The notes under the pieces: model-generated
Told to the model about the DNA's origin: nothing
What the model saw: the letters and a program-made list of their open reading frames with translations, nothing else
Databases searched by the model: none
DNA from: Torpedo marmorata
Taxonomy: Eukaryota
Direction of reading: 5' to 3'
DNA length: 64,000 nucleotides
Assembly (NCBI GenBank): GCA_977017645.1
Contig: OZ360230.1
Location: 32,798,001-32,862,000 of the forward strand
Shown: in pieces, positions 39,601 to 54,600 of the stretch
How the letters are laid out: every line of letters starts with the position of its first letter
Numbering within the stretch: the stretch's first letter is position 1
Program-made: the position numbers and the translations under genes

Positions 39601-42600
39601 GCTCCATTATCTTTGTATATATGTCCTCTGGTGTTTGCAGATCCTGCCCTGGGAAACAGGTGCTGGCTGTCCACCCTATCTATACCTCTCATAATCTTGT
39701 AGACCTCCATCAAGTCTCCTCTCATCCTTCTGCACTCCAAAGAGATAGGTCCCAGCTCTGCTAACCTTGCCTCAACAGACTTGTTTCCCAATCCAGTCAA
39801 CATCCTGGTAAATTTCCGCTGCACCCTCTCCATAGCTTCCACATATTTCCTATAATCAGGTGACCAGAACTGAACACAATACTTACAAAAGATTTGTGGA
39901 GTTGCAACATGACCTCTCTTCTCCTGAATTCAATCCCCCTAATAACGAATCCCAGCATCACATATGCCTTTTTAAATATCCTGTCAACTTGTGCGTCGAC
40001 CTTGAGGGATGTATGGATTTGTACCGCATGGTCCAAATGTTCATCCACACTCTTAAATATCCAACCATTAACCCTGTATTCAGCATTCTGGTTTGTCCTT
40101 CCAAAATGCATCACCTCACACTTATCCGGATTGAAATCCATCTGCCACTTTTCTGCCCAACTCAGCATCCTGTCAAAATCCTCTTGTAAACTTCGACAAC
40201 CTTCAGCTCCATCTACAACTCCTCCAACCTTCGTGTCATCCGCAAACTTACTGACCCATCCTTCCGACTCTTCATCCAGGCCATTTATAAAAATCACAAA
40301 GAGCAGGGGTCCCAGAACAGATCTAATAGCAGCTTTCCATGCCTCTATGTATTTTAACAATCATTTTCACATATTTCAAGGAACTACATCTGTGACAACA
40401 GAACCAAGCACCTCCACCGAGCAAATTACATCTTTGACAACTTCTACAACAGAGTCAACATCATTTGTCACAGGTAACATCAATCATAACCTGCTACTCC
40501 AATTGTTGGCATTGAATACATTGTAAGAGTAAAAATATTGTCTCGTTCACGTAATCTCTTGTGGAGCTATGCAAGGCGAGAGACCTGACTGTCATCAGAA
40601 AGGATCATCGAGTCAGGCTCATGCCCCGATGAACTGACAGTTGCATCCAAGTTTTGATTGAAGGAAATTACTGGCAAAAATTAATCCTCAAGTGTCAGTT
40701 TGGAAAATCAGTGTTTAATAAATACATATTTCAACGTCAAAAACCAAAAGTTGATTGAAATGATCATGCAGATTTCTTCGCATTCACTTCAAACTGTTGT
40801 CATTTTTTGCTGAGGCAAAATGGGTAAGCCTTTGGTGCATATTACTAAGAAAAAATTTCAACCATTGCTCGAGGCTGACAGTTATCAACCTCATGTTGAT
40901 CCTGACTCTAATTTGTCAGAATGCAACATATAATGTTCAATACTGGCTTAGAATTTATTTTCCTTAATTTCATGCTTGCCTCTGTAATTTAACTGCATTA
41001 TCATATATTAAGAAATTTTATTGTATCCAGATAATTGTTGCCTTTAACATCAACGCATGCCTGAATTTAATTTCAGTCTCAGGAATAAGCACGGCCACCA
41101 CTGGCCCTTCTACCACTCCAGGCATAAGCAGCGAGACAACAGGTACAATCATGCACCATATACGTATCCACCGTTCGGTCTTCTCTCCCAGTCAATATTT
41201 CCTCTTGATGCAAATTAAAAACAGTAGGGATGCCTGATGTTTAAAGCTGAAAAGATTCTTCATCATGGTTAAACACAGTTCCATTCAGTGATTCAATGAA
41301 AAATTGCACAGATAAAGCATATTTACAACAGCAGATTTAAGAAAAATAATCTGATGCCCAGCAAGATGAAAATCTAACTGTAAATTTGTCTTGTCGTGTC
41401 TCAACATAAACTAACGTAATGATTCGACAACAATACCTTTGCCATGTCTGTGACGAATTCAAATGTCAAATGGGGCTTCACAACAAGCACTAAACATCAG
41501 ACTGCAGTGATTGGTGCCAAATACACAATCATTTACACACTCTATTTTTTATTTTCAAAATCCTTGCAGTCAGCTAAAGTAATGTTCCATTAAAATCTAT
41601 TCAATGGTTTATCAAGGACTGACGTACAAGTAGGTAACGGTGAAAAGTTCACAATTTTCCCCAACTATTCACTCATCACTTGCTGTGACATGGAACCTTC
41701 TTCACTTCGAAAATAATCAATAGTCACAAGGTATCCCTTGTAACATTGCTATTACACAAACTATTTGTCATAAGAAAGGAAATAAAATTAATTCACTGTT
41801 ACATCGTCTGTTTAAACCATGTATTAGAGCAGCTTGAACATACTCTGATGTATTTTAACTAAATTCAATGTGTATCAATTTAAAGGAACTCTATCTCCAA
41901 CGAAAGAAGGAAGTACCTCCTCAGTGGAAAGTACGACTTTCAGTTCATCAACAACAGAGCCAACTTCAACGTCAATAGGTAACATCAATGGGCACCGAGG
42001 CGTTGTATGTTGGCAGGGATGAGTTACAAATTGTAAAAATATACCTCCAATCAAATATATGCTTGGTGTATTGTCCAAGGCTGCATGTCATCAGAAAAGT
42101 TAAACTGTTCAATGTCATTCCCGTATGGAAATTCTGTGGTGTGAAATGTTCTGATCAATATAAATTATGTACATATTAATGCTCAGGGGGGCATAGGTTG
42201 CATCCCTGCGTGATGAATTCCATGTTAAGTCGTATACTTCAGAGCAGTCACTTCAACAGGATGGAATGAATTGAGGGATTAACGATAAACATTCATTGTA
42301 CAAGTACGAGAAAATATTCCAATCAATCTTAAAAACTAGCAATTATCTGAATGGTGACTCGTATTGCACAGGATGTCACACTTTATTTTCAAATATTGGT
42401 TACCATTTCTTCTTCTCAGTTTCATTTCCCCTTCAGAAATGTAAGTGCTCCGTTGTATAATAAGCTGTTTCATTACATCCAGAGAGTCAACTTGACTTTA
42501 ACATCAGCACGTTTTGTCTTCATTTTCAGTATTAGAACAAAGCACGACCACCTTGGCTCCTTCAACCACCTCTGCTACAAGTAGTGAAACAACAGGTAGA

Positions 42601-45600
42601 TTTATACATCAAAAGTATCAATACAATACATTGCAGATATGACAGTGGCTTTTTAGGGGCTTCCAGATAGAAGCGTGAATATACGGGGAATAACGGGCTG
42701 AGTAACATTAAAAGCACGAGAGATTTTGGAAATTTTGGCATCAGGTAAATCTTTGACATAATGAGACCTTGGGCCGATTCCGGTGCAGTTCTGTTCTATT
42801 GTCCAGGTTCCCCACAGTCATGTATTCTCTCAATTCAAGTGATGATTGGAGATGCTTGATAAATTTCTCTTCAGATTTCTGAACTGCTGAAGAAAATCAT
42901 GTTCACTTTATAGTTCCATGCACTGAATCAGTGAACTATTCCGTAGATATGGCATATTTGAGAAAAAAATACTTAAAAATAACCATTGGTCTTGCAAGAC
43001 GAGAACACGTGTGAATTTGCATTTTTCATGCCTCCACATTATAAAATCTAACTATTAAAATAAAAATGGCTTTGCCGTCACTGTAAAGCGTTCAAATAAC
43101 AAAATTGCCCAGCTCACTGAAATAACCAAGCAGAATTCAACCTAATCAAATGAATATTAAGCTGTAGTCACTGCTGTCATATATGCATTCACTTTCTGGC
43201 TCTAACATCCTTTTCAAACACATTCAACTCATGTAAAATCCAGATAATTTTGAAATCTAACAAATAATTCATCAATGGACAACCAACAAATAAATATCGA
43301 TGCCAATTCTACAACATTTACCTTTAACTATTCATTGATATTTCATGGAGGTTCCCTTCAAGATAAACATGCAGTTCCATGACATCAGTTGCCAACTATG
43401 TTATTGCATTCTGAAATACTTGGCATCAGAAAGGAAATGAAAGTAATTTGAATAGAGATCTGACTTCCAGGATCGTTGAATCTAAGTCTAGAACAGAGAA
43501 GCTAGAACATGGAACAATTCAGCACAGTACAGGCCCTTCGGCCCTCGATGTTGTGCCGACCCACATATTCCTTCCTAAAATAAAAGTACTAAACCCTCCC
43601 TACCCTATAAACCTCTATTTCTCTTTCATCCATGTGTCTGTCTAAGTGTCTCTTAAATTCCCCCAATGTTTCAGCCTCCACCACCATCCCCGGCAATGCA
43701 TTCCAGGCACCCACAACTCTCTGTGTAAAAAACCTACCCCTGATGTCTCCCCTAAACTTCGCTCCATTAACTTTGTACATATGTCCTCTGGTGTTTGCAG
43801 GTCCTGCCCTATCTATTCCTCTCATAATCTTTTAGACCTCCATCAAGTCTCCTCTCATCCTTCTGCACTCCAAAGAGAAAGGTCCGAGCTCTGCTAACCT
43901 TTCCTCAACAGACTTGTTTCCCAATCCAGCCAACATCCTGGTAAATTTCCGCTGCACCCTCTGCATAGTTTCCACATAGTTCCTATAATCAGGTGACCAG
44001 AACTGAACACAATACTTATAAAAGATTTGTGGAGTTGCAACATGACCTCTTTTCTCCTGAATTCAATCCCCCTAATAATGAATCCCAGCATCCCATATGC
44101 CTTTTTAAATATCCTGTCAACCTGTGCGGTGATCTTGAGGGATGTATGGATTTGTACCGCCTGGTCCAAATGTTCATCCACACTCTTAAATATCCAACCA
44201 TTAACCCTGTACTCAGCATTCTGGTTTGTCCTTCCAAAATGCATCACCTCACACTTATCCGGATTGAAATCCATCTGTCACTTTTCTGCCCAACTCAGCA
44301 TCCTGTCAAAATCCTCTTGTAAATTTCGACAACCTTCAGCTCCATCTCCAAATCCTCCAACCTTCGTGTCATCCGCAAACTTACTGACCCATCCTTCCGC
44401 CTCTTCATCCAGGTCATTTATAAAAATCACAAAGAGCAGGGGTCCCAGAACAGATCTAATAGCAGCTTTCCATGCCTCTATGTATTTTAACAATCATTTT
44501 CACATATTTCAAGGAACTACATCTGTGACAACAGAACCAAGCACCTCCACCGAGCAAATTACATCTTTGACCACTTCTACAACAGAGTCAACATCATTTG
44601 TCACAGGTAACATCAATCATAACCTGCTACTCCAATTGTTGGCATGGAATACATTGTAAGAGTAAAAATATTGTCTCGTTCACGTAATCTCTTGTGGAGC
44701 TATGCAAGGCGAGAGACCTGACTGTCATCAGAAATGATCATCGAGTCAGGCTCATGCCCCGATGAAATGACAGTTGCATCCAAGTTTTGATTGAAGGAAA
44801 TTACTGGCAAAAATTAATCCTCAAGTGTCAGTTTGGAAAATCAGTGTTTAATAAATACATATTTCAACGTCAAAAACCAAAAGTTGATTGAAATGATCAT
44901 GCAGATTTCTTCGCGTTCACTTCAAACTGTTTTCATTTTTTTCTGAGGCAAAATGGGTAAGCCTTTGGTGCATATTACTAAGAACAAATTTCAACCATTG
45001 CTCGAGGCTGACAGTTATCAACCTCATGTTGATCCTGACTCTAATTTGTGAGGATGTAACATATATTGTTCAATACTGGCTTAGAATTTATTTTCCTTAA
45101 TTTCATGCTTGCCTCTGTAATTTAACTGCATTATCATATATTAAGAAATTTTATTGTATCCAGATAATTGTTGCCTTTAACATCAACGCATGCCTGACTT
45201 ATTTTCAGTCTCAGAAACTAGCACGTCCACCACTGCCCCTTCTACCACTCCAGGCACAAGCAGCGAGACAACAGGTACAATCATGCACCATATACGTATC
45301 CACCGTTCGGTCTTCTCTCCCAGTCAATATTTCCTCTTGATGCAAATTAAAAACAGTAGCGATGCCTGATGTTTAAATCTGAAAAGATTCTTCATCATGG
45401 TTAAACACAGTTCCATTCAGTGATTCAATGAAAAATTGCACAGATAAAGCATATTTGCAACAGCAGATTTAAGAAAAATAATCTGATGCCCAGCAAGATG
45501 AAAATCTAACTGTAAATTTGTCTTGTCGTGTCTCTACATAAACTAACGTAATGATTCGACAACAATACCTTTGCCATGTCTGTGACGAATTCAAATGTCA

Positions 45601-48600
45601 AAAGGGGCTTCACATCAAGCACTAAACATCAGACTGCAGTGATTGGGGCCAAATACACAATCATTTACACACTCTATTTTTTATTTTCAAAATCCTTGCA
45701 GTCAGCTTAAGTAATGTTGCCATTAAAATCTATTCAATGGTTTATCAATGACTGACGCACAAGTAGGTAACGGTGAAAAGTTCACAATTTTGCCCAACTA
45801 TTCACTCATCACTTGCTGTGACATGGAACCTTCTTCACTTCGAAAATAATCAACAGTCACAAGTTATCCCTTGCAACATTGTTATTACACAAACTATTTG
45901 TCATAAGAAAGGAAATAAAATTAATTCACTGTTACATCGTCTGTTTAAACCATGTATTAGAGCAGCTTGAACATACTCTGATGTATTTTAACTAAATTCA
46001 ATGTGTATCAATTTAAAGGATCTCTATCTACAACGACAGAGGGAAGTACCTCCTCAGTGGAAAGTACGACTTTCAGCTCATCAACAACAGAGCCAACTTC
46101 AACGTCAATAGGTAACATCAATGGGCACCGAGCCGTTGTATGTTGGCAGGGATGAGTTACAAATTGTAAAAATATACCTCCAATCAAATATGTGCTTGGT
46201 GTATTGTCCAAGGCTGCATGTCATCAGAAAGGTTAAACTGTTCAAAGTCATTCCCGTATGGAAATTCTGTGGTGTGAAATGTTCTGATCAATATTAATTA
46301 TGTACATATTAATGCTCAGGGGGGCATAGGTTGCATCCCTGCGTGATGAATTCCATGTTAAGTCGTATACTTCAGAGCAGTCACTTCAACAGGATGGAAT
46401 GAATTGAGGGATTAACGATAAACATTCATTGTACAAGTACGAGAAAATATTCCAATCAATCTTAAAAACTAGCAATTATCTGAATGGTGACTCGTATTGG
46501 ACAGGATGTCACACTTTATTTTCAAATATTGGTTACCATTTCTTCTTCTCAGTTTCATTTCCCCTTCAAAAATGTAAGTGCTCCGTTGTATAATAAGCTG
46601 TTTCATTACATCCAGAGAGTCAACTTGACTTTAACATCAGCACGTTTTGTCTTCATTTTCAGTATCAGAACAAAGCACGACCACCTTGGCTCCTTCAACC
46701 ACCTCTGCTACAAGTAGTGAAACAACAGGTAGATTTATACATCAAAAGTATCAATACAATACATTGCAGATATGACAGTGGCTTTTTAGGGCCTTCCAGA
46801 TAGAAGCGTGAATATACGGGGAAGAACGGGCTGAGTAACATTAAAAGCACGAGAGATTTTGGAAATTTTGGCATCAGGTAAATCTTTGACATAATGAGAC
46901 CTTGGGCCGATTCCGGTGCAGTTCTGTTCTATTGTCCAGGTTCCCCACAGTCATGTATTCTCTCAATTCAAGTGATGATTGGAGATGCTTGATAAATTTC
47001 TCTTCAGATTTCTGAACTGCTGAAGAAAATCATGTTCACTTTATAGTTCCATGCACTGAATCAGTGAACTATTCCGTAGATATGGCATATTTGAGAAAAA
47101 AATACTTAAAAATAACCATTGGTCTTGCAAGACGAGAACACGTGTGAATTTGCATTTTTTATGCCTCCACATTATAAAATCTAACTATTAAAATAAAAAT
47201 GGCTTTGCCGTCACTGTAAAGCGTTCAAATAACAAAATTGCCCAGCTCACTCAAATAACCAAGCAGAATTCAACCGAATCAAATGAATATTAAGCTGTAG
47301 TCACTGCTGTCATATGTGCATTCACTTTCTGGCTCTAACATCCTTTTCAAACACATTCAACTCATGTAAAATCCAGATAATTTTGAAATCTAACAAATAA
47401 TTCATCAATGGACAACCAACAAATAAATATCGATGCCAATTCTACAACATTTACCTTTAACTATTCATTGATATTTCATGGAGGTTCCCTTCAAGATAAA
47501 CATGCAGTTCCATGACATCAGTTGCCAACTATTTTATTGCATTCTGAAATACTTGGCATCAGAAAGGAAATAAAAGTAATTTGAATAGAGATCTGATGTC
47601 CAGGATCGTTGAATCTAAGTCTAGAACAGAGAAGCTAGAACATGGAACAATTCAGCACAGTACAGGCCCTTCGGCCCTCGATGTTGTGCCGACCCACATA
47701 TTCCTTCCTAAAATAAAAGTACTAAACCCTCCCTACCCTATAAACCTCTATTTCTCTTTCATCCATGTGTCTGTCTAAGTGTCTCTTAAATTCCCCCAAT
47801 GTTTCAGCCTCCACCACCATCCCCGGCAATGCATTCCAGGCACCCACAACTCTCTGTGTAAAAAACCTACCCCTGATGTCTCCCCTAAACTTCGCTCCAT
47901 TAACTTTGTACATATGTCCTCTGGTGTTTGCAGGTCCTGCCCTATCTATTCCTCTCATAATCTTGTAGACCTCCATCAAGTCTCCTTTCATCCTTCTGCA
48001 CTCCAAAGAGAAAGGTCCCAGCTCTGCTAACCTTGCCTCAACAGACTTGTTTCCCAATCCAGCCAACATCCTGGTAAATTTCCGCTGCACCCTCTCCATA
48101 GCTTCCACATATTTCCTATAATCAGGTGACCAGAACTGAACACAATACTTACAAAAGATTTGTGGAGTTGCAACATGACCTCCCTTCTCCTGAATTCAAT
48201 CCCCCTAATAATGAATCCCAGCATCACATATGCCTATTTAAATATCCTGTCAACCTGTGCAGCGACCTTGAGGGATGTATAGATTTATACCGCATGGTCC
48301 AAATGTTCATCCACACTCTTAAATATCCAACCATTAACCCTGTATTCAGCATTCTGGTTTGTCCTTCCAAAATGCATCACCTCACACTTAACCGGATTGA
48401 AATCCATCTGCCACTTTTCTGCCCAACTCTGCATCCTGTCAAAATCCTCTTGTAAATTTCGATAACCTTCAGCTCCATCTACAACTCCTCCAACCTTCGT
48501 GTCATCCGCAAACTTACTGACCCATCCTTCCGCCTCTTCATCCAGGTCATTTATAAAAATCACAAAGAGCAGGGGTCCCAGAACAGATCTAATAGCAGCT

Positions 48601-51600
48601 TTCCATGCCTCTATGTATTTTAACAATCATTTTTTTACATATTTCAAGGAACTACATCTGTGACAACAGAACCAAGCACCTCCACCGAGCAAATTACATC
48701 TTTGACCACTTCTACAACAGAGTCAACATCATTTGTCACAGGTAACATCAATCATAACCTGCTACTCCAATTGTTGGCATGGAATACATTGTAAGAGTAA
48801 AAATATTGTCTCGTTCACGTAATCTCTTGTGGAGCTATGCAAGGCGAGAGACCTGACTGTCATCAGAAAGGATCATCGAGTCAGGCTCATGCCCCGATGA
48901 AATGACAGTTGCATCCAAGTTTTGATTGAAGGAAATTACTGGCAAAAATTAATCCTCAAGTGTCAGTTTGGAAAATCAGTGTTTAATAAATACATATTTC
49001 AACGTCAAAAACCAAAAGTTGATTGAAATTATCATGCAGATTTCTTCGCGTTCACTTCAAACTCTTCCCATTTTTTGCTGAGGCAAAATGGGTAAGCCTT
49101 TGGTGCATGTTACTAAGAAAAAATTTCAACCATTGCTCGAGGCTGACAGTAATCAACCTCATGTTGATCCTGACTCTAATTTGTCAGGATGCAACATATA
49201 ATGATCAATACTGGCTTAGAATTTATTTTCCTTAATTTCATGCTTGCCTCTGTAATTTAACTGCATTATCATATATTAAGAAATTTTATTGTATCCAGAT
49301 AATTGTTGCCTTTAACATCAACGCATGCCTGAATTTATTTTCAGTCTCAGAAACAAGCACGGCCACCACTGCCCCTTTTACCACTCCAGGCACAAGCAGC
49401 GAGACAACAGGTACAATCATGCACCATATACGTATCCACCGTTCGGTCTTCTCTCCCAGTCAATATTTCCTCTTGATGCAAATTAAAAACAGTAGCGATG
49501 CCTGATGTTTAAAGCTGAAAAGATTCTTCATCATGGTTAAACACAGTTCCATTCTGTGATTCAATGAAAAATTGCAATGATAAAGCATATTTGCGACAGC
49601 AGATTTAAGAAAAATAATCAGATGCCCAGCAAGATGAAAATCAAACTGTAAATTTGTCTTGTCGTGTCTCTACGTAAACTAACGTAATGATTCGACAACA
49701 ATACCTTTGCCATGTCTGTGACGAATTCAAATGTCAAAAGGGGCTTCACATCCAGCACTAAACATCAGACTGCAGTGATTGGTGCCAAATACACAATCAT
49801 TTACACGCTCTATTTTTTATTTTCAAAATACTTGCAGTCAGCTAAAGTAATGTTGCCATTAAAATCTATTCAATGGTTTATCAAGGACTGATGCACAAGT
49901 AGGTAACGGTGAAAAGTTCACAATTTTGCCCAACTATTCACTCATCACTTGCTGTGACATGGAACCTTCTTCACTTCGAAAATAATCAACAGCCACAAGG
50001 TATCCCTTGCAACATTGCTATTACACGAGCTATTTGTCATAAGAAAGGAAATAAAATTAATTCACTGTTACATCATCTGTTTAAACCATGTATTAGAGCA
50101 GCTTGAACATACTCTGATGTATTTTAACTAAATGTAATGTGTATCAATTTAAAGGAACTTTATCTACGACAGAAGGAAGTACCTCGTCAGTGGAAAGTAC
50201 ATCTTTCAGCTCTTCAACAACAGAGCCAACATCAACGTCAACAGGTAACATCAATGGGCACCGAGGCTTTGTATGTGGGCAGGGATGAGTTACAAATTGT
50301 AAAAATATACCACCAATCAAATATGTGCTTTGTGTATTATCCAAGGCTGCATGTCATCAGATAGGTTAAACTATTCAAAGTCATTCCCGTATGGAAATTC
50401 TGTGGTGTGAAATGTTCTGATCAATATAAATTATGTACATATTAATGCTCAGGGGGGCATAGGTTGCATCCCTGCGTGATGAATTCCATGTTAAGTCGTA
50501 TACTTCAGAGCAGTCACTTCAACAGGATGGAATGAATTGAGGGATTAACGATAAACATTCATTTTACAAGTACGAGAAAATATTCCAGTCAATCTTAAAA
50601 ACTAACAATCATCTGAAAGGTGACTCCTATTTGACAGGATGTCACACTTTATTTTCAATTATTGGTAACCATTTCTTCTTCTCAGTTTCATTTCCCCTTC
50701 AAAAATGTAAGTGATGAATGGAATAAAGAAGATAGAAGACTGCAATGAAGGAAACCAATTGATGTCATTTATACAACTTCCGAATAAATATGGAATACCT
50801 AATAATACTCTTTTTTGCTATTTTCAATTAAGAGGTTATTTAAGAGAAAAATTAGGTCCAGATATGTTGCTACGAGATTGTAGTGAGGTAGAAACCCTTA
50901 TTAGGAAGGAAATATTAAGAAATTTACTTCTATAGTGTATTCTTTGCTACAAAAGGAACTTTAAAACGAGGACTTCATAAGTCTAGAAAAAGATGGGAAC
51001 AAGATCTTAATGTTACAATTGATGAAAAAAGATGGTCGGATTTATGTTTAGATAGTATGACTAATACTGTTAATGTAAGATACAGATTGGTACAATATAA
51101 TTTTTTACATCAATTATATCTTACACCACAAAAATTGAATAAGATCAAACTTACGTTATCTAAAAGATGTTTTAGATGTGGCGAAGAAGAGGGAACCTTT
51201 TTTACACTCAACGTGGTTATGTCCAAAAGTTAAAGGTTTTTGGATAGAGTTAGGAAACCGGCTAAAACATATTACAGGTGTTACATTTCCACAGAATCCT
51301 GACTTATTTTTATTGGGAAATGTGGAAGGAACTAGACCAAAATTGAAATTATCTACATGGCAATTGAAATTTGTAAAAATTGCATTAGCAGTAGCAAGGA
51401 AATGTATAGCAGTAACTTGGAAATCAGATATAAATTTAAGTATGGACAGATGGAATTCAGAGATGCAGAGTTGTATTCCATTGGAAAGAATAACATATAA
51501 TATGAGGAATAAATATGGGATATTTTTGCAAATTTGGCGTCCATTTATCCAATTATTAGGTATGAATATTTAAATGTGTTGCTCTACAACCGAGACCCTG

Positions 51601-54600
51601 CTGACTCTCTTAAATTTAAAGAATAAATATTGTTGAATGTCTCGCACCGAGCCGTGGACCCGTACGGATGTTTTCGATAAATATCAATGTCTTCTCCTCT
51701 TTTTTCTTTTCTTTTCTTTATTTTTAGTAAGGGGAGCGAGTTAGGGACGGGAAGGGTGGAGGGTGGGTTGTTTTAGTGAGGGTGGGTTGAGATGGGGTTA
51801 GAACCACTGTAATACAAATTTTATCTGTATTGGATTTGTTAATATTTACTATATATTTAGTATTATTTTGTATTATTGTGAAAAATTGGAAAATTTAAAA
51901 TAAAATATTTAAAAAAATGTAAGTGCTCTGTTGTATAATAAGCTGTTTCATTACATCCAGAGAGTCAACTTGACTTTAACATCAGCACGTTTTGTCTTCA
52001 TTTTCAGTATCAGAACAAAGCACGACCACCCTGGCTCCTTCAACCACCTCTGCTACAAGTCGTGAAACAACAGGTAGATTTATACATCAAAAGTATCAAT
52101 ACATTGCAGATATGACAGTGGCTTTTTAGGGGCTTCCAGATAGACGGGTGAATATACGGGGAAAAACGGGCTGAGTAACATTAAAAGCACGAGAGATTTT
52201 GGAAATTTAGCTATCAGTTAAATCGTTGACATAATGAGACCTTGGGCCGATTCCGGTGCAGTTCTGTTCTATTGTCCAGGTTCCCCACAGTCATGTATTC
52301 TCTCAATTCAAGTGATGATTGGAGATGCTTGATAAATTTATCTTCAGATTTCTGAACTGCTGAAGAAAATCATGTTCACTTTATAGTTCCATGCACTGAA
52401 TCAGTGAACTATTCCGTAGATATGGCATATTTGAGAAAAAAAAATTCTTAAAAATAACCATTGGTCTTGCAAGACGAGAACACGTGTGAATTTGCATTTT
52501 TTATGCCTCCACATTATAAAATCTAACTATTAAAATAAAAATGGCTTTGCTGTCACTATAAAGCGTTCAAATAACAAAATTGCCCAGCTCACTCAAATAA
52601 CCAAGCAGAATTCCAACCTAATCAAATGAATATTAAGCTGTAGTCACTGCTGTCATATATGCATTCACTTTCTGGCTCTAACATCCTTTTCAAATACATT
52701 CAACTCATGTAAAATCCAGATACTATTGAAATCTAACAATTAATTCTTCAATGGACAACCAACAAATAAATATCGATGCCAATTCTACAACTTTTACCTT
52801 TAACTATTCATTGATATTTCATGGAGGTCCCCTTCAAGATAAACATGCAGTTCCATGACATCAGTTGCCAACTATGTTATTGCATTCTGAAATACTTGGC
52901 ATCAGAAAGGAAATGAAAGTAATTTGAATAGAGATCTGACTTCCAGGATCGTTGAATCTAAGTCTAGAACATAGAGGCTAGAACATAGAACAATTCAGCA
53001 CAGTACAGGCCCTTCGGCCCTTGATGTTGTGCCAACCCACATATTCCTTCCTAAAATAAAAGTACTAAACCCTCCCTACCCTATAACCCTCTATTTCTCT
53101 TTCATCCATGTGTCTGTCTAAATGTCTCTTAAATCCCCCCAATGTTTCAGCATTCACCACCATCCCCGGCAATGCATTCCAGGCACCCACAACTCTCTGT
53201 GTAAAAAACCTACCCCAGATGTCTCCCCTAAACTTCGCTCCATTAACTTTGTACATATGTCCTCTGGTGTTTGCAGGTCCTGCCCTGGGAAACAGGTGCT
53301 GGCTGTCCACCCTATCTATTCCTCTCATAATGTTGTAGACCTCCATCAAGTCTCCTCTCATCCTTCTGCACTCCAAAGAGAAAGGTCCCAGCTCTGCTAA
53401 CCTTGCCTTAACAAACTTGTTTCCCAATCCAGCCAACATCATGGTAAATTTCCGCTGCACCCTCTCCATAGCTTCCACATATTTCCTATAATCATGTGAC
53501 CAGAACTGAACACAATACTTACCAAAGTTTTGTTGAGTTGCAACATGACCTCTCTACTCCTGAACTCAACACCCCTAATAATAAATCCCAGCATCACATA
53601 TGCCTTTTTAAATATCCTGTCAACCTGTGCGGCGACCTTGGGGGATGTATGGATTTGCACCGCATGGTCCAAATGTTCATCCACACTCTTAAATATCCGA
53701 CCATTAACCCTGTACTCAGCCTTCTGGTTTGTCCTTCCAAAATGCATCACCTCACACTTATCCGGATTGAAATCCATCTGCCACTTTTCTGCCCAACTCT
53801 GCATCCTGTCAATATCCTGTTGTAAACTTCGACAACCATCAGCTCCATCTACAACTCCTCCAACCTTCGTGTCATCCGCAAACTTACTGACCCATTCTTC
53901 CACCTCTTCATCCAGGTCATTTATAAAAATCACAAAGAGCAGGGGTCCCAGAACAGATCTAATAGCAGCTTTCCATGCCTCTATGTATTTTAACAATCTT
54001 TTTCACATATTTCAAGGAACTACATCTGTGACAACAGAACCAAGCACCTCCACCGAGCAAATTACATCTTTGACAACTTCTACAACAGAGTCAACATCAT
54101 TTGTCACAGGTAACATCAATAATAACCTGCTACTCCAATTGTTGGCATGGAATACATTGTAAGAGTAAAAATATTGTCTCGTTCACGTAATCCCTTGTGG
54201 AGCTATGCAAGGCGAGAGACCTGACTGTCATCAGAAAGGATCATCGAGTCAGGCTCATGCCCCGATGAAATGACAGTTGCATCCAAGTTTTGATTGAAGG
54301 AAATTACTGGCAAAAATTAATCCTCAAGTGTCAGTTTGGAAAATCAGTGTTTAATAAATACATATTTCAACTTCAAAAACCAAAAGTTGATTGAAATGAT
54401 CATGCAGATTTCTTCGCATTCACTTCAAACTGTTGTCATTTTTTCTGAGGCAAAATGGGTAAGCTTTTGGTGCATATTACTAAGAAAAAATTTCAACCAT
54501 TGCAAGAGGCAGACAGTTTTCAACCTCATGTTGATCCTGACTCTAATTTGTCAGGATGCAACATATCATGTTCAACACTGGCTTAGAATTTATTTTCCTT

